64,000 nucleotides of DNA from Candidatus Shapirobacteria bacterium (GCA_041658955.1 JBAZZE010000001.1:16676-80675), one strand, 5' to 3'. Counted from the first letter of the stretch, positions 8,145-20,017 are shown. A program made the numbers and translations. The notes: generated by a model not told the origin, from the sequence alone.

Positions 8145-10478
8145 CTAAAGCTTTGCTCTCTTTCCAATCTCACTTTCGACAATTTCTCTAGGTCGTCCAT
8201 ACTTAAGTCCAGACAATTTTTTGATCATAGCTGCCAATTCTTTGTTTCCAGGTTTCTTAATTTCATCAGCTGTCACATTCAGTGAAAATGGAGGTTGGGG
8301 GATACCGTTAACCATGGTTTTTAGATAAGTGTGTCCGATTGGTAAGTTTAGTAAGTCGTGTTCATTAAATTCTGGTTTAAATTGGTTTACCAAAAATGAT
8401 GCGTCGGAAATACCCACCCGGAATGAACAGATCGAACCAACATTTCCAAACACAGCGTTTTTGATCTCATCGTCCATCTGGCTGATGAACTGATTTCCCA
8501 CCGTCAAATTCAAATGGTATTTTCTAGCCTCGCTCATGATTACTGCAAAGTCTTGAGTGGCAAAGTTCTGAAACTCATCGACATATAAGTAAAAATCTTT
8601 CCGAAGTGGCTCTGGGGTATCCTGTCGGCTCATGGCGGCGATCAATATTTTTGGAATCAAAACTAGTCCTAAGAATGCCGAATTTTCTTCTCCAATCGAT
8701 CCCTTAGCTAAGTTGATGATCAAAATTTTACCTTCATCCATCGCCGTTCTAAAGTTAAATGAGCTGGTCGATTGTCCGATGATGTTTCTCATCATGGTGT
8801 TAGTAATAAACCGCCCAAACTTTGAAACAATGTAGTCCAAAACCTCTGATTTATGGAACTCATTGGTATTGGCAATCTGGTCAGTCCAATAGCGCTTAAC
8901 CATCGGATCACTCACTTTTGGTAACAGTTGTTGGACAAATGACGGGTCAGTTAAACATCGAACAATTTCAATAAAAGTTGCCCCTGGTTCCGCCATGACA
9001 GTCAACATGATGTTTCGGATAGCATGTTCAAACCTAGGTCCGACGATACCTGTTTTATAAGGATCGTACAGTTTGTACATCAGGTTGATGATCGATGAGG
9101 TTACAAAATCTTTTTGATCTTCTCTCTCGCATTCCATGACATTAAAACCCATTGGTCGATCTACCATTCCTGGATCAAAATAAATTACATCCTCAATCCG
9201 CTCTGGTGGTATCCGTTCCAAAATCATTTCAAAAGTGTCATGGGGGTCGATAAAACAAACTCCCTTACCTGCCTTGATATCTTGAAGTGCCATGTTTGCC
9301 AAAAGCCATGACTTACCCACACCAGTTTGTCCGACGATATAAAAATGTCTTTGGCGATCTTTGGTCGTTACATGAAATTTTTTCTTAATGCCACGATAAT
9401 GATTTTCTCCAATATAAATTCCTTCATTTGGACTATCTGATGGCGCTGGTGCTGCTTTGGCTTTTAGCCAATAAATATTTGGTGTCTCAATTGTTTTGTT
9501 GGGAAAATGAAAAATCGAAGCTATCTCATCGGACGATAAAATTGTCTTTCCTTTGTGCCAATAAATGATTGGATACTTATATATAAAATCGTCTAAGAAA
9601 AATTTCTTAATCCAAATTTTTCGGCTAGAAAGTTTGTTCCAAGGTGACTCGTATTGACCAAACGTCGCCTTAATGTTCGACAGGTTCATCTTAGCTGTTT
9701 CTTCATTTGGCGCAAAAGATACTATTCGAATTGCTGTCTCAAATCCAACTTTACTTGATTTAACATCGATCGCCTCTAGCTGTCTCGCATCTACTTTGTA
9801 ACTAGCTTTTTCTGGGTTAGCTTCTGATTTTTTGGTACTAGATACAAATCCCTTACCAGCTTTGGCCCAAGATCCATCGGTTGGCGACAGTACTAATTGG
9901 ATAGCCATGGTTTCATCTTTACCAAGCTTGGACATAGCTGAAGTGATAGTAGACAGGGGATCCGTAGGTATGTCTTTATATGTTTTAAGTGGAAAATAGG
10001 GTATCTTTTTTATTCCCATCCAGGCATATTCGGCTTTACCTTCTTCAGGATAGATATTTGGTTCTTCTGCCTCCTGGACATCAGCACCGGCGTAGACGCT
10101 ATAAATTTGTTTTTCAATAAAATCCTGTGTCTTACGAGGGATACAAATATAAAATTTTATATCCTCGCTAGTACCGATTAGTTCTAATGACACACTTGGT
10201 TGGGCTTGAAATCTTTGCAAAAACTTAAACTTAGCACTCTTGTATAAACTAGCTAAAGACCCAATAATTTGCTCCATCGCATCAACCTTTATTTCATTCT
10301 CTTCAGGAACTGCCACCAACAAAGTGACCATCTCCAGTGACTTTTCTTCCCTATCTTTCCACTTATACCACAGTACAAACGCTGCAGTTAAAGCCCACAA
10401 CAACACTAATACCATTACAGTGATCATCAGCATCAACATTGCGTTGGTTGCAAACGCGATCATTATATCAGGGGTCAT
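8145..10478 (-). CDS. VirB4/TraG-like (DUF87/HerA clan) membrane-anchored ATPase, CPR type
   Basis: Walker A GQTGVGKS, Walker B LYVDEFQNF, SEARKY, N-terminal TM helix. Confidence 0.88.
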   Translation of the reverse strand: MTPDIMIAFATNAMLMLMITVMVLVLLWALTAAFVLWYKWKDREEKSLEMVTLLVAVPEENEIKVDAMEQIIGSLASLYKSAKFKFLQRFQAQPSVSLELIGTSEDIKFYICIPRKTQDFIEKQIYSVYAGADVQEAEEPNIYPEEGKAEYAWMGIKKIPYFPLKTYKDIPTDPLSTITSAMSKLGKDETMAIQLVLSPTDGSWAKAGKGFVSSTKKSEANPEKASYKVDARQLEAIDVKSSKVGFETAIRIVSFAPNEETAKMNLSNIKATFGQYESPWNKLSSRKIWIKKFFLDDFIYKYPIIYWHKGKTILSSDEIASIFHFPNKTIETPNIYWLKAKAAPAPSDSPNEGIYIGENHYRGIKKKFHVTTKDRQRHFYIVGQTGVGKSWLLANMALQDIKAGKGVCFIDPHDTFEMILERIPPERIEDVIYFDPGMVDRPMGFNVMECEREDQKDFVTSSIINLMYKLYDPYKTGIVGPRFEHAIRNIMLTVMAEPGATFIEIVRCLTDPSFVQQLLPKVSDPMVKRYWTDQIANTNEFHKSEVLDYIVSKFGRFITNTMMRNIIGQSTSSFNFRTAMDEGKILIINLAKGSIGEENSAFLGLVLIPKILIAAMSRQDTPEPLRKDFYLYVDEFQNFATQDFAVIMSEARKYHLNLTVGNQFISQMDDEIKNAVFGNVGSICSFRVGISDASFLVNQFKPEFNEHDLLNLPIGHTYLKTMVNGIPQPPFSLNVTADEIKKPGNKELAAMIKKLSGLKYGRPREIVESEIGKRAKL

Positions 10479-10867
10479 TCTTGTTTAAATTTTACATTAC
10501 CCTTCTTCTTTTTTATTAATTTTAGTAAGAATCCAGATAGCCATCGACTTGCTTCATTAACTGACTTTTTAAATCCTTCTACAAACTTTTCTCGGGTTAT
10601 GGGTAAAACTATTTTTGGATTTTGATTGGGTGTGGGGACCAGCACTGGTTGGCCACTATCATCATGGACTGTCTTCATTTGACCTGGATCTTCTTCGATT
10701 TTTTGCATCCAGCTTTTTACTTCATGAGGGACACGTGGAGTTGTCTCCCTAACATCGGTCATTACTACCTCCGGTGTCCGTCGTTCTGTCGTGGTTACTA
10801 CTTCAGCAGAAGTTGGCCTATTTTCTTGTTCAAACTGATTGTTAGTTTCCTTAATCTCTGGCATCAA
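10475..10867 (-). CDS. hypothetical protein coupled to the ATPase
   Basis: 4-bp overlap with the ATPase start. Confidence 0.65.
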   Translation of the reverse strand: MMPEIKETNNQFEQENRPTSAEVVTTTERRTPEVVMTDVRETTPRVPHEVKSWMQKIEEDPGQMKTVHDDSGQPVLVPTPNQNPKIVLPITREKFVEGFKKSVNEASRWLSGFLLKLIKKKKGNVKFKQE

Positions 10868-10907
10868 AATAAGTATAAACTATAAAAATTTGTTATGATA
10901 ACCCAGT

Positions 10908-11708
10908 ATGTCCCAGGCGACAGGAAAACTCTTCTTAATAGATCACGACGGTACTCTTTGTCAGACAAATCCTTTTGCCTTTGAAAGCATCAAATACGCC
11001 GCTCTCGACGCTGTCAACAAGCTCGGTCACGAAAATAAAATAACTGCCAACGATTGGGACGATATTTTTTCTGAAACGTCAGGTACTACTGAAAAAAATC
11101 TAGCTCGTTTTATTTGCAACATGATTGGTGTTTCCCTCGAAGAGTTTGAAAAACATTTTTACAGTTCTCGGGCCAACTGGTTTTTGCAAATGAAAAAGAG
11201 TCAGGAATTTATTTTTGACACGTATTATCCAGATGCCGAATTTCTAATCAACAAAGTTGACGCTTCTTCCGACTACCACCTAATGATGGTCACTGGTAAT
11301 CCTGAAAATGTGATGGATGTCCGCCTCAGTACTCATTTGCGTAAACATTTTTGTAACGATGGTGACAGGATTTTAGGTGGCTTTGGTAATGAGTGTTTTA
11401 GCCGTCAGGATCTAATTAAAAATGCCATCGACGATGCCATAGAATTATTTCCTGACTTTGTTCCTTCCAAAAATAATTTTGGTTTTTATGACAATGTTTA
11501 TTACATTGGTGATGGATATAAAGACTTTAAGGCCGGCATCTATGCCAAAGTCAAAACCATTTGGATACCTTCCCGCTCCCTACCTATGGTAAAAGAAAAA
11601 TCTAGTGATGAGCAAATAAAACTCCTCATGGATGTTTTAGGAAGTAATGCCATTATCACCAACAATCTCGAATCCAAGCCAGTCCTCGACTTTATTGGCC
11701 TGAACTAG
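10908..11708 (+). CDS. HAD-superfamily hydrolase
   Basis: LIDHDGTL, VTGN, YIGDGYKD. Confidence 0.85.
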   Translation: MSQATGKLFLIDHDGTLCQTNPFAFESIKYAALDAVNKLGHENKITANDWDDIFSETSGTTEKNLARFICNMIGVSLEEFEKHFYSSRANWFLQMKKSQEFIFDTYYPDAEFLINKVDASSDYHLMMVTGNPENVMDVRLSTHLRKHFCNDGDRILGGFGNECFSRQDLIKNAIDDAIELFPDFVPSKNNFGFYDNVYYIGDGYKDFKAGIYAKVKTIWIPSRSLPMVKEKSSDEQIKLLMDVLGSNAIITNNLESKPVLDFIGLN

Positions 11709-11740
11709 ACTTTATTTACTGTTGGTATACTACCTTAACT

Positions 11741-12925
11741 ATGTCTGCTGATTCGCCTTTATCCCAAATTCGTAAAATCGACACCAAGCGTTCTGCTCCT
11801 TTTGCCACGATTTTCATGATCGGCCTGACTCTGTTGATTTTTTATTGGTTTTTTAGAGGCGGTAGTTTTCGACTTTACGCTAGCATCTTTTTCGGTTTGT
11901 ACTTTATTACTCGTCAAATCTGGGTGTCAGTACTATTAATTGGTATTATCCAAAACATCGCTTTTCTTCCTCTCCACTTTATTTGGCTAAAAATGTCTAC
12001 TTCTATGCAGTCTTTTGAAGATGAAATAGATGCCATTAAAGCTCCAGAAGAACAATACATTGTATTTCAACAAAAAGTTAGCAAAGGGGACTTTGCCGCC
12101 TCATTTTATATCTTTAGTTTTATCGTCAATGCAATTGCTTTTTTCTCGGCCGGACGCGTCTTTCTTATTGATTTCTACACCAAAAACTTAGACCCAGCTC
12201 TTATTTATTCTTTTATTCCCTATCCCCAATACCCACTTCAGGGTGAATTGTTCAAATTTCCCTTTTACAAGGTTACTGGTACGACTGCCGTCAATTGGCA
12301 ATACATCTTCTTTTTTTGGCTATCGATCACTATTTTCTTTGCAGTTCTTAGACTACTTTGGCGTTTTCTCAAAATATTTCTTTCTACCAATCCTTCAGTT
12401 TTAAAATTTCGTATCGGTTACAATCGGATCTTATTGGCAGTTGGTGGAGTTGGTCTGACTATTCTAATTTTATCTACAATTTTGCTTCGTCATTTACCAA
12501 CCCAGTTCTCTTTTACTTGGTTGATAGTTGACTTGAGTCATCAGAATACACCAATGAACTTTATTACCGCCGTGGGAACTTTTCTCACCACTATTATGGC
12601 TGGTTATAAACACAATAGTATTGCCTCAACCAACTTGCGTCAGGGAGGAGTTTCCGAAGAAGTTATTGAAAAAATATTTAGAGACAAAATGAGACAAAGT
12701 TTGAGCAATGGTCTACTTCTCGGTGCCGGCGCTTTCTTTATTACCAATCAAATCCCTAGTGCTTTCGAATTATCTGTGGCGATGTTTGAACTGCTTTATA
12801 TTATTTCACCTTATACTTTTGACCGCTTCTTAGTTCAAGTCGCCAATAAATCATCCACCAAGACTGCTGTTGCCACCTCAGAAACAGCACCTGCAGTTAC
12901 CACCGAATCTTCCGAGAAAAAATAA
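11741..12925 (+). CDS. multi-pass membrane protein, possibly YidC-like
   Basis: Several TM helices with a cytoplasmic helical hairpin after FLPL. Confidence 0.5.
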   Translation: MSADSPLSQIRKIDTKRSAPFATIFMIGLTLLIFYWFFRGGSFRLYASIFFGLYFITRQIWVSVLLIGIIQNIAFLPLHFIWLKMSTSMQSFEDEIDAIKAPEEQYIVFQQKVSKGDFAASFYIFSFIVNAIAFFSAGRVFLIDFYTKNLDPALIYSFIPYPQYPLQGELFKFPFYKVTGTTAVNWQYIFFFWLSITIFFAVLRLLWRFLKIFLSTNPSVLKFRIGYNRILLAVGGVGLTILILSTILLRHLPTQFSFTWLIVDLSHQNTPMNFITAVGTFLTTIMAGYKHNSIASTNLRQGGVSEEVIEKIFRDKMRQSLSNGLLLGAGAFFITNQIPSAFELSVAMFELLYIISPYTFDRFLVQVANKSSTKTAVATSETAPAVTTESSEKK

Positions 12926-13455
12926 TGACTATCACTACTGACCCTCTAAACGAAATATTTCCGATCGTCGATGCTGATGATAATGTCATCGGTCAAACTA
13001 CGCGCCAAAATGCCAATAGTAATCCATCTATTATCCACCGCTCCATAAATATTCTTATTTATAATTTACGAGGTGAGTTACTAATCCAACAGCGTAGCCC
13101 CACCAAAGATACTTACCCCAACACCTGGGCAGTCGGAGTAGGTGGCCATGTAGAATTTGGTGACGATTATCTTTCCACTGCAATCAGAGAAATCTCTGAA
13201 GAATTGGGACTGTCAGTTACTTCATCAGAACTCAGACCTCTTGGTAAAACCCTAATCCAGATGCCTTCTGAAAACGAATATTCACAAATCTACGAATATC
13301 ACGCCACTACCGAGTTGGTAATAAACCCTTCTCCTTCTGAAATCTCGAAGACAAAATTCGTAACTATTTCGGAAATGAAATCAATGTTGGCCGATCCAAG
13401 TATAAATTGGAATCCATTTTCGCTAGCGGTCCTCAAAGCTTTTCCTTTGGTTTAG
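12925..13455 (+). CDS. NUDIX hydrolase, type-1 IPP isomerase-like
   Basis: HRS..LLIQQRS..K.TYP..W..GVGGH..AIREISEELG; next to the prenyl synthase. Confidence 0.75.
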   Translation: MTITTDPLNEIFPIVDADDNVIGQTTRQNANSNPSIIHRSINILIYNLRGELLIQQRSPTKDTYPNTWAVGVGGHVEFGDDYLSTAIREISEELGLSVTSSELRPLGKTLIQMPSENEYSQIYEYHATTELVINPSPSEISKTKFVTISEMKSMLADPSINWNPFSLAVLKAFPLV

Positions 13456-14522
13456 ACATCGCGATCAACCATGTATTCAGCCACGCCCTGAATAAAGTCA
13501 ATTGCCTCCACATTTAGCCCTTCTATCTTTCTCAATTTTTCTGCAGTAGTCGCAGCTTTTCTAGCGAAGTCTCTTGAAATATTTCTCGAATACTCCAGCG
13601 AGCCACTGTCAATCAGCGCCTTCTTGGCTTTTTCGATATCATCTGGCTCAGCTTTTCTTTTTCCCCAGACTTTTTTCAAATCTTCAATTTGTTCTGGCGT
13701 ACCATCCTTAAAAGTTCGTAAAATTAGTAAGGTAACTTTTCCTTGCAGTAGGTCTGAGTTTGCCGACTTACCGGTTTTTTCCGGGTCACCAAACACACCT
13801 AAAATATCATCTTGAAGCTGGAACGCCACCCCACCATCCATTGAGTAGTCGGTCAAAACTTTAAATACTTCCCCACTAAGGCCGGCTAGTATTGCCCCGA
13901 TGTATAAAGGGTTTTCATATGTATAAATCGCTGTTTTTGCCTTATGTAGGACTATTACATCTTCCTCATCAACCTTATCCAATATCTTTTCCAGAGTCAC
14001 ATCGTACGCTTGTCCCCAGACAGTCTGAGTAATTCCCCTCAACATTTTTAGGGTGGCTCTTCTAACTGCTTCTGGTTCAAAATCAGCGGAGAGTAATAAC
14101 TCTTGACCTATTTCCAGAACTGCATCACCTGAGTTAACTGCCATGGTATCACCGTAGTGGCTATCACCATTTTCAAAAAACTTATGAGTTGTTGGCTTAC
14201 CTCTTCGAACATCATCCTGATCCATAAAATCATCGTGCATCAGTAGGGCAGTGTGAACGAGTTCTACTCCCAAAGCGGCGTTCCATATCCTCTCATCTCT
14301 ATCTTTTCCCAATAAATAGCCATAGTAAGTGAATGCTCCCCGTAGTCTCTTTGATGAACGAAGGCTATGCTCAGCTGCATGGGTCAACATTTTTTCTACC
14401 AATTCTTTTTGTTTACTATTAAAACCAAAATTCTTCTTCAGTTCAGTCTTCCAATACTCCTCTAGTTTTTTATCAATAATTGGGACAAATTGTTGTAGTA
14501 TTTCTTTTGCGTTCATATTCAC
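13452..14522 (-). CDS. polyprenyl diphosphate synthase
   Basis: LMHDDFMDQDDVRRG, FQLQDDILG, GK..SDL..GK. Confidence 0.92.
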   Translation of the reverse strand: MNMNAKEILQQFVPIIDKKLEEYWKTELKKNFGFNSKQKELVEKMLTHAAEHSLRSSKRLRGAFTYYGYLLGKDRDERIWNAALGVELVHTALLMHDDFMDQDDVRRGKPTTHKFFENGDSHYGDTMAVNSGDAVLEIGQELLLSADFEPEAVRRATLKMLRGITQTVWGQAYDVTLEKILDKVDEEDVIVLHKAKTAIYTYENPLYIGAILAGLSGEVFKVLTDYSMDGGVAFQLQDDILGVFGDPEKTGKSANSDLLQGKVTLLILRTFKDGTPEQIEDLKKVWGKRKAEPDDIEKAKKALIDSGSLEYSRNISRDFARKAATTAEKLRKIEGLNVEAIDFIQGVAEYMVDRDV

Positions 14523-14627
14523 TATTAGTCGCTAATAATTTAAATATCCTCCGTATTCTATCTTATTTCGCTCTAACGTACTTAAGTTCCAAAGTTCTAA
14601 CCTTCTAATTTTCTGCTAATCTTAATA

Positions 14628-15806
14628 ATGCCGAGTCCACAACCCAACTTTACCATCACCTTCGGCGGCTGGTACCAACGGACCACACTTCATCTTTCCG
14701 AAATTTATGATCTGTTCGCTCTTGGCCATTCTGGATTAAAACTAGATAAAACTATCCTTCAAAATCTTCATCGAAAACTTGATTTTGTATCTGTCACCCG
14801 AGAATGGGGTGAGCTCGAATATATCAAATGTCTCACTGGTAAAGGAATTGAAGTTCGCTATTACGAAGACGGACTCTATGTCCTGATATTTAATAGTACC
14901 CACATCGTTACCGGTCAAAAAATGCTTCGCGATTATTATGATGAATGTCTTTCCCCAGCAATATCGTACATTTTCTCTTTGGGAGCACCTACCCCCAAGG
15001 TGCTCGCCAACATCAAACAGGACCATCCTACCGTAGTTTCTGCGGTCACTTCCACTCCTAAAACATTTTTTGCCAAACTAAAATTTGGTCCTGTTTATAG
15101 CCAAATACTTTCACCCGATCTTTCGGTATATAAAACTCCAGCGCATATCGTCATTCTCAGTAAAAGTAGTTCTCAGGATGTCACTAAACTTATTGAGATG
15201 CAAATCTTTTTCCGTGAGTTTAAAGATCAACTCCACCGCTATTTAAATCTCCACCGAGAAATTTGGGAAGAAATCTCCGATATTAAAGAGCGTGGTTCTA
15301 TAGCTGGTAAAGAAGTTGAGACACTTCGGGCTCGTCTTGATTCTTATCAAAAAACTATCAATCTTATTAAAAGCCGTCTCAATCAAATGGGGACCTATGT
15401 CCGTACCCGGGCCTCAATTGCCAAGAAACTTGAGCTAGAAGATAAGCTCGCTTCAGTCTTTCAATATAAATTTGAAACTCTCAGTAATACTCACTCTTAT
15501 GTCCAAGACATTTGGAAAATGACTCAAGACTATGTCGACACTGCTATCCAAGTCATCAATGAAGTCAAATCTCTTAGTACCAGTAACGGTATCAACTCTC
15601 TCCGTCTAATCACTACCATTGGTGTACTTTCGGGAATTTTTACATACCTCAGCAAAGATCAGTTCCCCACCTTTACCCTCATCGGCCTTTGGTACTTTTT
15701 AGTCCTAGTCTTAGGCACTTGGATTATTAACCAGATAGTAACCACAGCCTTTAGGTCCATTCATTACCGTCTAAAATTCACCCAAAACATAGGGATTAAG
15801 TCATGA
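14628..15806 (+). CDS. hypothetical protein with coiled coil and 2 C-terminal TM helices (CorA-like topology)
   Basis: Topology only. Confidence 0.55.
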   Translation: MPSPQPNFTITFGGWYQRTTLHLSEIYDLFALGHSGLKLDKTILQNLHRKLDFVSVTREWGELEYIKCLTGKGIEVRYYEDGLYVLIFNSTHIVTGQKMLRDYYDECLSPAISYIFSLGAPTPKVLANIKQDHPTVVSAVTSTPKTFFAKLKFGPVYSQILSPDLSVYKTPAHIVILSKSSSQDVTKLIEMQIFFREFKDQLHRYLNLHREIWEEISDIKERGSIAGKEVETLRARLDSYQKTINLIKSRLNQMGTYVRTRASIAKKLELEDKLASVFQYKFETLSNTHSYVQDIWKMTQDYVDTAIQVINEVKSLSTSNGINSLRLITTIGVLSGIFTYLSKDQFPTFTLIGLWYFLVLVLGTWIINQIVTTAFRSIHYRLKFTQNIGIKS

Positions 15807-16897
15807 GACACATTTTTATATCAGCAGTCTTTCTCCAATTCATGGGTACTGTCGGTTCTGGAATATTTGTATTACCTTATCTTTTTTATCATTCCAATTT
15901 TATTTTTTCTGTCTTTTTTTTGGTGGTCTTAGCGGTAGTTACTGGAGTACTAAATCATTTTTATGCCCACATTGTCACCAGCACCACCGGTGATCATCAG
16001 CTAGCTGGTTACTCTCGTATTTACTTAGGTAAAAGGTTTTCTAGTTTAGCTACCCTAAATTTAATATTGCTCTCGTTCGGGGCTATCGCTGCCTATTTAA
16101 AACTTTTTGTTAGTTTTACTAGTGTTCTTTTTTCTTCTCTTTCCCCAAGTATCGCTTCAATTATTTATATAGTAGTTCTTTTTATTGCCTACCGACTCTA
16201 TTTTCACCCCTCAAATATTCTTGATTATCTTATTCCCGTTTTTATGCTCCTAGTGCCAATTACTGTATTTGTAATTTCTTTTTTTTCTGGTTCTCCAACC
16301 AACAGTTTTTACTTGGTTTCTCCCAAGTTTTCATTTTTTGGTGCCACTATATATGCCCTATCTGGCTTCACTATTATTCCTGAAGTACAGGAAATTCTTC
16401 TCAAAGATAAAAAACATAAACACTCATTATCTTTGGCTGTCGCTCTGGGTATGGTCTTAGTAGTCATTTCCTACTTCTTGTTTTCTTATGGAGTCATTGT
16501 CATCAGCAATGGGGGAGTAACCATCGATACAGTTACTGGTCTTGCTCGATCATTACCTATACTTGCCAAGGTAATTTCAACTTTCGGAGCGGTCATTGTT
16601 TTGAGGGCTTCGTTTGGATTTTTACTCGTTTTACGAGAACTATTTTTCCGTGATCTTCAACTTCGAAAAAGAACTGCCGACTATCTCCCCTTGGCTTTTC
16701 CACTTGTCGCTATGACCCTCGGTTCCGTTTCTCTGATATCTCTAATTTCCCTAACCGGCAACATCACTATTTTTGTTTCAGCTCTGCTAATTTGTCTAAT
16801 TCGCCTTCGATTACCAACTACTTTTTGGACTCAGTTTTGGGTGATGTCTGTAATGATTAGTTTATTTCTTGGGTTAGCCATTAATACTATTTCCTAA
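15803..16897 (+). CDS. amino-acid permease (aromatic/HAAAP-like)
   Basis: GTVGSGIFVLPY, ~11 TM helices. Confidence 0.75.
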   Translation: MRHIFISAVFLQFMGTVGSGIFVLPYLFYHSNFIFSVFFLVVLAVVTGVLNHFYAHIVTSTTGDHQLAGYSRIYLGKRFSSLATLNLILLSFGAIAAYLKLFVSFTSVLFSSLSPSIASIIYIVVLFIAYRLYFHPSNILDYLIPVFMLLVPITVFVISFFSGSPTNSFYLVSPKFSFFGATIYALSGFTIIPEVQEILLKDKKHKHSLSLAVALGMVLVVISYFLFSYGVIVISNGGVTIDTVTGLARSLPILAKVISTFGAVIVLRASFGFLLVLRELFFRDLQLRKRTADYLPLAFPLVAMTLGSVSLISLISLTGNITIFVSALLICLIRLRLPTTFWTQFWVMSVMISLFLGLAINTIS

Positions 16898-18153
16898 TGG
16901 CTCCGCTTCATCTCGTTTTGTCAGGTTCCGGTCAGCAAAAGAAGTCCACTAGACTTGTCTACACCGTCGCTCTTATGGCCTTTTTTTGGACAATTTTTGA
17001 TTTAATAATTTCCTTTATCGCTCCCATTCTTATTACTGAAAGAGGATTTTCAAATTCTCAAATGGGAATGATTATTGCTTTTTCTTCTATCTCCGGAGCC
17101 TTTTTTGATTTTATTTTGGCGCGACTTCTGCGTTCGACCAATTATCTAAAAACATTTTTCCTAGTTCTAGTGATTTCCTTCATCTTACCTTTTGTTCTCT
17201 GGACTTCGCATCACATTTTTGTCTATCTCTTGGCCATGGCCATATGGGGTTTGTACTACGATCTCTATACCTTCGCCTCGTATGATTTTGTTAGTCGAAA
17301 CGCTCTAACCGAAGGTCAGCATGCCCGCGACTTTGGCATTATCGAACTATTCCGATCTCTTGGTGGGTTGGTAGCTCCAATTATTACCACCATACTCATT
17401 GTCGATAAAGTTTACTTCGGGCATATGATGTGGCCCTTACTATTTTTAATTATCGCTTTTGGTTTTTATCTTTTACTCTTAAGTTTTTCTCCACTCCATC
17501 ATTTTCATTCTTCTGATCATCGTCACAAATCGGTCAGCATTCTCACTGAGGTTTTTCGCTGGAACGCTCTTGGTAAAAAGCTTCTGCCAGTTTTAGCATT
17601 TATGATTTCTATTTATATTTTTGATGCTACCTTCTGGACCGTTGGCCCACTGTTCTCGGAAAGTTTCCCGGATTTTAAACATTTCAGCGGATTTCTGATG
17701 ATCCTTTACAGTCTGCCATCAATGCTCACTGCTTGGAAAATAGAACCACTTACTCGCCGTTTTGGTAAGAAGAAAACTGCCTATATTACCTTTCTTCTAG
17801 CCAACATTCTATTAATTCCAATTGGATTTCTAAGCTCTCCTATTTTGGTGCTATTTTTTGTTTTCCTATCTTCAGTTGCCACTTCAATTACCTGGCCCTC
17901 GATTGAAGCTGCTTTTGCCGATTACACTTCCGAAGCCGGCAAACTTCAAACAGAAGTTGAGGGGATTACCGATCTAACTAGTAATATTGGTTATATCATC
18001 GGTCCCATATTCGCTGGTTTCTTCTCCGAAAAAATTAGTATCAGCTGGTCATTTGGTGCTCTCGGTTTTATTAATGTCTTTATAATCATCCTTTTGCTTT
18101 TAGTCACCCCCAAACAAATAAAAATCGCTTCACTGGCCAACAAGTTCACCTAA
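16897..18153 (+). CDS. MFS transporter
   Basis: 12 TM helices, RRFGKK loop, GYIIGPIFAG. Confidence 0.85.
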   Translation: MAPLHLVLSGSGQQKKSTRLVYTVALMAFFWTIFDLIISFIAPILITERGFSNSQMGMIIAFSSISGAFFDFILARLLRSTNYLKTFFLVLVISFILPFVLWTSHHIFVYLLAMAIWGLYYDLYTFASYDFVSRNALTEGQHARDFGIIELFRSLGGLVAPIITTILIVDKVYFGHMMWPLLFLIIAFGFYLLLLSFSPLHHFHSSDHRHKSVSILTEVFRWNALGKKLLPVLAFMISIYIFDATFWTVGPLFSESFPDFKHFSGFLMILYSLPSMLTAWKIEPLTRRFGKKKTAYITFLLANILLIPIGFLSSPILVLFFVFLSSVATSITWPSIEAAFADYTSEAGKLQTEVEGITDLTSNIGYIIGPIFAGFFSEKISISWSFGALGFINVFIIILLLLVTPKQIKIASLANKFT

Positions 18154-18198
18154 ATCACGGCTTTCTTAGTCCCCAGTTCAAAGATGTTAAACTACCCT

Positions 18199-19983
18199 AT
18201 GGAGTCGCAGGTTCAGGAAATTAAACAAAAGCTGGATATTGTCGAAGTTATTGGCAAATACATCACCGTCAAAAAACGGGGACGTCACTATTTGGCCAAC
18301 TGTCCCTTTCATGGAGAAAAAACTCCATCATTTACCATTTCCCCAGAACTCCAGATTTTCAAATGTTTCGGTTGTGGCAAAGCCGGTGATGTTTTTTCTT
18401 TTGTCCAAGAATACGAGCATGTCGATTTTCGTGAAGCTCTTGAGGATATGGCCAAGATTGCCGGAGTGGTTCTCAAAAAAGACCCTCATCTTACTCAAGT
18501 TGAAAAATTGCATCGCCGTCTGGTCGAACTAAATCAAGAAGCTGCTAAGTTTTATCACTACATTCTAACTACCCATCCTCTTGGTAAACCCGCTCTCGAC
18601 TATTTGATCAATCGTCACATAACTCTTGAAACTATCAAACTTTTTCGACTCGGTTATTCACCTTCAAACCCTGAATTAGTCTCAAATTATCTTCTCAAAA
18701 AAGGTTTTACCAAACAAGAAATGCTAAGAAGTGGTACCTATGGCACTTCTCGTTATGGCAATAGTACTTACGACCGATTTTTAGGGAGAGTTATTTTCCC
18801 CCAATCAGATTTTCGAGACCGAATTCTTGGCTTTTCCGGTCGGATACTCCCATCTGATAAGTCCCAAAATCAGGCTAAATATATCAATTCGCCTGAAACC
18901 GATATTTATCACAAGAGCCAACTTTTGTTTGGATTAAATCTTGCTCGTGAAGAAATCAAAAAAAAGAAAACTGTCATTATTGTCGAAGGGGAATTTGACA
19001 TGATTTCTCCTTATCAAGAGGGGATAAAAAATATCGTGGCTATCAAAGGTACTGCTTTTACCATTGATCAACTCCAATTACTTCATCGTTACACTGAAAC
19101 CCTAATCCTCGGGCTCGATGCTGACCTAGCTGGTACCAATGCGGCCCTAAAAAGTATTGAGCTCGCTGACTCCATGGGATTTGATATCCATGTTATTGAC
19201 CTACAATCTCGATTCAAAGACCCGGACGAAGCCATTTCTGCCGACCCCCAGTTTTTTAAGACACAACTTTCTACTCCAGTTCCAATCTGGGACTTTATCA
19301 TCAATTCAGCCCTAAAAGCTAATGATTCAACCACGCCCAAAGGTAAACAAGACATTCTTCGTCAAGTCCTGCCGATGTTAGCCAAGATCAGTAACCTAGT
19401 TACTCGATCCGATTATTTGGCAAAGTTGGCCTCAACCATTGGTTCTGCTACCGAGGCTGTCGAAGCCGAAGCAAAAAAATACCTTGTTTCCGGTAAAATA
19501 GCTACTTCAGTTATCGCTTCGTCTACAATTCCTGTTATCCCCAAAATGGATATTCTCGAAGAACATCTTCTTAGTTTGATTTTTTCCGCCAAAAAGCCCT
19601 ACCTTCTGGCAGCCAAAATTTCCGAGAATTTCACTTTTATCACCCCACGTTATCAAAAAGTATTTAGTTTTCTCCTTAAACCCCGCAAGAATTTTGTGGC
19701 TGCTAAGTTTGCCTCCCGTCTTCCTCCGGAATTATCCTCGGTTTTTCAAGATATTTTTCTTCACTCCACTCAGTTTGAATTTGACTCCCACGCCCGCCTT
19801 TTAGAGATCAATAAAACTATTAATCAGATCCTCTCGATCACCTATAAAGACCAGCTGACCACCTTGAGTACAAAAATAGCTCAAGCCGAAAATATGGGTG
19901 AAGAAGAAATTGTCAAAAAACTCGAACAGGATTATAATCATATACTCTCAGAATTATCATCCATTCAATCGACAAAAAGGTAG
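18199..19983 (+). CDS. dnaG: DNA primase
   Basis: [15 protein letters not shown] zinc finger, [24 protein letters not shown]. Confidence 0.97.
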   Translation: MESQVQEIKQKLDIVEVIGKYITVKKRGRHYLANCPFHGEKTPSFTISPELQIFKCFGCGKAGDVFSFVQEYEHVDFREALEDMAKIAGVVLKKDPHLTQVEKLHRRLVELNQEAAKFYHYILTTHPLGKPALDYLINRHITLETIKLFRLGYSPSNPELVSNYLLKKGFTKQEMLRSGTYGTSRYGNSTYDRFLGRVIFPQSDFRDRILGFSGRILPSDKSQNQAKYINSPETDIYHKSQLLFGLNLAREEIKKKKTVIIVEGEFDMISPYQEGIKNIVAIKGTAFTIDQLQLLHRYTETLILGLDADLAGTNAALKSIELADSMGFDIHVIDLQSRFKDPDEAISADPQFFKTQLSTPVPIWDFIINSALKANDSTTPKGKQDILRQVLPMLAKISNLVTRSDYLAKLASTIGSATEAVEAEAKKYLVSGKIATSVIASSTIPVIPKMDILEEHLLSLIFSAKKPYLLAAKISENFTFITPRYQKVFSFLLKPRKNFVAAKFASRLPPELSSVFQDIFLHSTQFEFDSHARLLEINKTINQILSITYKDQLTTLSTKIAQAENMGEEEIVKKLEQDYNHILSELSSIQSTKR

Positions 19984-20017
19984 ATTTATCCCGTTCTTTC
20001 GTATACAATATAACCCA

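Noticed and set aside
8145-10478. Conjugative element suggested by the VirB4-like ATPase
   Set aside because: No relaxase or other T4SS genes nearby; the gene sits among housekeeping genes, as is usual for this CPR family.
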